A stretch of 64,000 bases of DNA. Source: Nitrosopumilus sp. Its GTDB lineage: Archaea > Thermoproteota > Nitrososphaeria > Nitrososphaerales > Nitrosopumilaceae. The stretch lies in NCBI GenBank assembly GCA_965218695.1, contig OZ244651.1, positions 832,001 through 896,000 of the forward strand. Reading direction: 5' to 3'. The notes beneath the pieces are model-generated. The model was not told the origin of the DNA and made no database searches. It saw nothing but the letters and a program-made list of their open reading frames with translations. This document shows positions 59,528 to 64,000 of this stretch, piece after piece. The position numbers and the translations under genes were made by a program. How positions within the stretch are numbered: the stretch's first letter is position 1; the number at the start of each line of letters is the position of its first letter.

Positions 59528-61147
59528 GTATCTGTGTAGTTTTTTGATCAAATGTTGAACTCCATATCTACAATCAGAAAATCCGCGTCTGTCTAATTTT
59601 TTAAAACTATTTTTGATCACTTGATCGAGTTTTTCTCTCCGTCCTAATTTTTAGATCATTGTTGCCCACGGTTTGCATATGTCTGATGATAATTCCGAGT
59701 CAAGGATTGCAGAACTGGAGGAAAAAGTGGGTATGATGGCAGAGCAGATGGCCGAAAAAGACCGGCAGATGGCCAAACTCGCTGATCTTTACGCTGCCGC
59801 CCTCAAACAGATCCAGGATCTCACGGCAGAGTTGCAGGAGGCAAAGGGCATCATATCGGCTGCCGTTGCAAGGAGCATCGGCGCAAAACCGGACAAAAAG
59901 ACCGGCAGTACCCGGCGCCGCGCAAAGGGCAAGGGCAAGGCCAAGGGCAAGCCAAGTGACCACAAACGCACGGGCCTTGCGCGTCCTGAAAGAATAGACG
60001 CAGAGGAGACGGCAGATCCCCACACGTGCGACAACTGCGGCAGCTCCGACCTCTCCGAGTGCGTATCCACGTACACAAAGGTGGTAAGGGAGGCTGCCAA
60101 GACGGAACTAAAGCACATCAAGGTGACAGTAAAGAGAAGGCGTTGCAGGAACTGCAAGAGGACCGTGTCCGGCAGGACTCCGCTGGCACTGCCAAACTCC
60201 AGGTACGGGATCAACTTTATGATAATGATGGTCATCCTCCGGCTGCACGGCATGTCAGACCTCAGAATATGCAATATTGTCATGATGATGTACTCGGCAA
60301 GAATCACGGAATCTGCGATAAACCGCATGGTGTGCAGGATGGCCCGGGAGCTCGGGCCGCTGTACGAGAAGATCAAGGAGGAGGTAAGAAACTCGCGTGC
60401 GATAAACGGGGACGAGACAATCTGGCGCGTCGACGGCACGAACTACTGGCTGTGGGTGGCTGTAGCCAGGTACGCCGTAATCTACGAGGTGCACCGCCAC
60501 AGGAACTCGAAGGTTCCAAAAAAGATGCTCGGCAAGGACTACCCGGGATGCGTCACGTCTGACTCGTGGGCCGCGTGGAACGTCATCGGATCCGAACACC
60601 AAAAGTGCCACCTTCATTACGCCCGGGACATCAAGGACACCCTGAAATACAAGAATCCCGGCTACGACTACAAGCGTCACGCAAGGACGCTGCGCGCGAT
60701 ACTGTGGGACTCGCACATCGACGGCGCCGTTCCGGGAGGGGCAGACGCGCTTGCCGCAAAGAAGAGGCTGGATCGTCGTATTGCGTCACTTATCGGCAGG
60801 CTCAAGAAGAACCGCGACTGCAAGCACTGCAACAGGATGCGCAAGAGGCTGGTGCGGGAAAAAGGCCACCTGTTTGCGTTTCTGGAGACAGACGGCGTCG
60901 AATACCACAACAACCGGGCAGAGCGGGCCATCAGGCCGTGCGTCATCCTGCGCAAGAACAGCAACGGGAGCAGGTCAAAGAAGGGTGCAGATGCCATTGC
61001 CACGCTGATGAGCATCAAGCAGACATGCAAGGCAAGGGGAGATGATCTTGGCACGATCCTGCGCGAGGGCCTGGCTCCACGTCAAAAAACTGCATAGACG
61101 CGCGTAGGCATGGAGTTCAACATTTGATCAAAAAACTATGCAGTTAC
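59528..61147 (+). mobile_element. IS66-family element (single-ORF, ISBst12-like), 1620 bp
   Basis: 38-bp TIR (35/38) starting GTA; 8-bp TSD gtcttctt (59520-59527, 61148-61155). Confidence 0.95.
59673..61097 (+). CDS. IS66 transposase TnpC
   Basis: Coiled coil, CxxC..CxxC, GDET.W, SD, QKC..H..R, NNRAERAIR..V..RK. Confidence 0.95.
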   Translation: MHMSDDNSESRIAELEEKVGMMAEQMAEKDRQMAKLADLYAAALKQIQDLTAELQEAKGIISAAVARSIGAKPDKKTGSTRRRAKGKGKAKGKPSDHKRTGLARPERIDAEETADPHTCDNCGSSDLSECVSTYTKVVREAAKTELKHIKVTVKRRRCRNCKRTVSGRTPLALPNSRYGINFMIMMVILRLHGMSDLRICNIVMMMYSARITESAINRMVCRMARELGPLYEKIKEEVRNSRAINGDETIWRVDGTNYWLWVAVARYAVIYEVHRHRNSKVPKKMLGKDYPGCVTSDSWAAWNVIGSEHQKCHLHYARDIKDTLKYKNPGYDYKRHARTLRAILWDSHIDGAVPGGADALAAKKRLDRRIASLIGRLKKNRDCKHCNRMRKRLVREKGHLFAFLETDGVEYHNNRAERAIRPCVILRKNSNGSRSKKGADAIATLMSIKQTCKARGDDLGTILREGLAPRQKTA

Positions 61148-61712
61148 GTCTTCTTCCACTCTACGGAAGGGCGTATTCTTGAAGAGTACGTGGATGCCGG
61201 GCAGGTCAAGATGATATTCAAAGACTACAACATCATAGGCCCGGACTCCATTAATGCCTCGCACGGGGCCCACTGTGCAGGTGATCAGGGACTGTTCTGG
61301 GAATATCACGATACACTGTACTCCAATTGGACCGGGGAGAACGACGGATGGGCATCACTAGAGAACCTGGATGTGTTTGCCCTGCGTGTCGGGCTTGATA
61401 CGGATGAGTGGTCTGAATGTATGACTGACAGGCCACACTCTGGAACCATTCTTGCAAGCAACAATGACGCAAAAACGCTGGGGCTTGGCGGAACTCCTGC
61501 GTTCTTTGTGATTGGGCCTGACAGCAGCGTTACGCGCATCTTCGGCGCACAGCCATACCAGACATTTGAGCAGGCCTTTGAGGATGCGCTTGATACTGAT
61601 TTGTAGTCGCTGAGGCGGGGATTATATCCACACACCTGTCCATGACTGCAACGGGGCCACCTGTCCGGAATCTGTCATATAACCTTATTAGGGAATTCTC
61701 TCAGCCAAGCTT

Positions 61713-63107
61713 ATGGCAGCAGGAATTGATGACATTGCAGTCTACATTCCCAAACTCTACATGGATGCCTCGGACATTGCCGCAGCCAGAGGAGTTGATC
61801 CGGTAAAACTGAAAAAGGGTCTGGGCATATCGCAGATGGCAATAGCTGATGCCAATCAAGATCCCGCATGTTTTGCGGCAAACGCATGCCTGAAGCTCAT
61901 GCAGAGGAACAACCTGTCCCCAGATGACATCGGAAGGCTGTACGTCTCGACCGAGTCCTCCTTTGACGAGTCCAAGGCAATGAACTCGTATGTGGTCGGC
62001 ATGCTTGAGCAGATTTATGGGCCAGATACGTTCGAGCACTGCGGCGGTGTCGAGACCAAGTTTGCATGCGTCAGCGGTTCCTATGCCCTTTACGACAACA
62101 CAAACTGGATCAGGGCCGGGGAGTCAGAAGGCAAGTATGCCCTGGTGGTAGTCTCTGACATTGCCAAGTATGACCTGGGCTCCAGCGGCGAGATGACGCA
62201 GGGTGCAGGTGCGCTGGTACTGCTCCTCAATGATAGTCCAAGACTGCTCTCGTTTGACCCGCGGGTCACGGCCACATCAATCAAGGATGAGTATGACTTT
62301 TACAGGCCGTTTGGAAAAGAGACCCCGATTGTACACGGACAGTACTCCAATCTACTTTACATGATCCAGGTAAGAAAGGCCCTTGAGGCATACAAAAAGA
62401 AGGCGCTCGCCACCGGGCTTATCAAGCTGGAGCCGGGTGGAACCATTCTGGATCACATGGACTACATCAACATGCACCTGCCGTACAGCAGCATGGGAAA
62501 GAAGGCCCTGGCATATCTAGTCAGGCACGAATGGCGCCGGCTCCCGCGATGGGAGAATGTCCTGCAGCATGCGGGAATATCAGAACCGGCTCCAAAGGAT
62601 CCCCGGGGCACAATCGAGTCCATACTGGGGGACGATGAGTTCATGACAAAGGATCGCAAGTTTACAAGACTGCTCACCCAGACTCCGGAGTTTCAGGAGA
62701 TATACGAATCAAAGCTTGCAAGCTCACTTGTCGCCTCAAGCACGATAGGGAACCTCTATACTGCCTCCCTGTATCTGGGATTCCGAAGCAGCCTGGAGTT
62801 TGAGCACAAAAAGGGAATAGACCTGGAAGGCAAGCGGGTCGGATTCGGTTCGTATGGGAGCGGAAGCAGTGCCATGGTGTTCAGCGGTATCATCCAGCCC
62901 AAGTACAAGGAGATTGTACGGAGCATGAACCTGGAGGCGGAGATAGGACAGAGAACGAGACTGACACTGGTAGAGTATGAAAAGCTTCATGAGAACAAGC
63001 TGGCCCCAAGTGAACCCATAGCAGACGCAAAAGGCGAGTTTGTTCTGGTGGACGTAAACACGGACGCCGAATCCCGTGGCAAGAGATGCTACACCTTTAA
63101 TGAATAA
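61713..63107 (+). CDS. Hydroxymethylglutaryl-CoA synthase
   Basis: STES..DESK, KFACVSG, SDIAKY..GE.TQGAGA, HLPY, GNLYTAS, SYGSG. Confidence 0.93.
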   Translation: MAAGIDDIAVYIPKLYMDASDIAAARGVDPVKLKKGLGISQMAIADANQDPACFAANACLKLMQRNNLSPDDIGRLYVSTESSFDESKAMNSYVVGMLEQIYGPDTFEHCGGVETKFACVSGSYALYDNTNWIRAGESEGKYALVVVSDIAKYDLGSSGEMTQGAGALVLLLNDSPRLLSFDPRVTATSIKDEYDFYRPFGKETPIVHGQYSNLLYMIQVRKALEAYKKKALATGLIKLEPGGTILDHMDYINMHLPYSSMGKKALAYLVRHEWRRLPRWENVLQHAGISEPAPKDPRGTIESILGDDEFMTKDRKFTRLLTQTPEFQEIYESKLASSLVASSTIGNLYTASLYLGFRSSLEFEHKKGIDLEGKRVGFGSYGSGSSAMVFSGIIQPKYKEIVRSMNLEAEIGQRTRLTLVEYEKLHENKLAPSEPIADAKGEFVLVDVNTDAESRGKRCYTFNE

Positions 63108-63646
63108 TGCCCGAGGAGTCCAACCCAATCAAGGATCTCCTGTTTGAGCATATCCAAACATCACAGGCCATCCCGGGATTCCTCTCAGAGAGGAGGTTTG
63201 ACCTGATCATAAAGGATGTCATGGATGGCTGCGGGGCAGTCATGTCCATGGGTGATGAGGCCGTCGGGGTGCTTGCAACCGGACTGCTCCACTACCTTCT
63301 CACCAACGCAATCATTCCAAGCCAGAGAAAGGTGGAACACAGGGGGATGGAATTGGACATAGTGATACCTGACATCCGGACGCTGGAGGCGGATCCCAAA
63401 AAGGCGCTGCTTGTATGCATTCCAAAGTCATCTGATGTCGGTGTCATACGGGACAGAATAACACAGCTGGGCAGGGTTCAGCCTGAGGCTCAGAACATAT
63501 GGGTGGTTCTGGCCCGTGATGCTCCGATACAGAACCGAAAATTCATCCTCTCGGACAATCACGGCACGTTCTCAGGGATCATATTTGAGATCTCCAGGTT
63601 CATCAGCCTCAACAAGACAGGCAGATTCAAGATTCTGCGGGCATAG
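63107..63646 (+). CDS. Hypothetical protein, translationally coupled to HMG-CoA synthase
   Basis: TAATG overlap; SQRKV...LDIVIPD. Confidence 0.75.
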   Translation: MPEESNPIKDLLFEHIQTSQAIPGFLSERRFDLIIKDVMDGCGAVMSMGDEAVGVLATGLLHYLLTNAIIPSQRKVEHRGMELDIVIPDIRTLEADPKKALLVCIPKSSDVGVIRDRITQLGRVQPEAQNIWVVLARDAPIQNRKFILSDNHGTFSGIIFEISRFISLNKTGRFKILRA

Positions 63647-64000
63647 CCATAATTATTACTGCTGCTCCCATCCCCTTGGATGGTTCAAGGCACGTGTTTT
63701 GGCCGCCCACCAGCCACAAACTATGCCGCAAGCAGTCAACCAAACGCTGCTCCCGTATCTCTAAAATTTATAATAATTATGTGGCATGGGGCGTAATGAA
63801 TTGCATGGTTTCAGTGGTAAAAAAAGGGAAGAATGAAACGATCCGTAAGAGGTCGCCTTTGCGAAGCGATTCCGTGCCTGTTCTGTCCCGATTAATTACC
63901 AACTGAGCTACGTTTTTGACCATAAATACCCGATTAATTGCACGTTATCAATACGGTCCGCAGGCAGGCAGAGCGGTTTTCGGATCAAGGCTCTTCCGGT

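Larger units (their letters stand above)
59286..61606 (+). pseudogene. DsbA/thioredoxin-family protein interrupted by IS66
   Basis: Rejoined: SPVLGDADAP..LVEFGDYQCHFCNVFFHSTEGRI...GTPAFF...GAQPY. Confidence 0.92.

Overview
Archaeal chromosomal DNA from an ammonia-oxidiser lineage (Nitrosopumilaceae-like Thaumarchaeota). The assignment rests on rpo6, rps25e, Alba, type II GAPDH, purP, deoxyhypusine synthase, a CFI-box-CTERM protein and 'PSWIKSNADFW' repeats. It looks unusually GC-rich and IS-rich for that group, consistent with a host-associated (e.g. sponge) symbiont, which is an inference. Core genes (pyrG, purK/E/P, ilvA, thrC, gap, HMG-CoA synthase, thiolase/DUF35, tRNA-Pro, tRNA-Phe) are interleaved with eight IS elements or large fragments totalling about 9.8 kb (~15% of the window). 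These include IS5-like, IS630 and IS66 elements, several MITEs and decayed transposase remnants. Two genes are IS-disrupted: a DUF5011/Ig-repeat surface protein and a DsbA-like thioredoxin. The best candidate for an undescribed system is cobalamin-centred. It comprises a CarH-type AdoB12-binding protein whose N-terminus resembles a transposase N-terminal domain rather than MerR, plus PduO and a cbtB-cbtA-2x-wHTH locus with a perfect palindromic operator beside its TATA box. No CRISPR array, rRNA, reverse transcriptase or prophage was seen.
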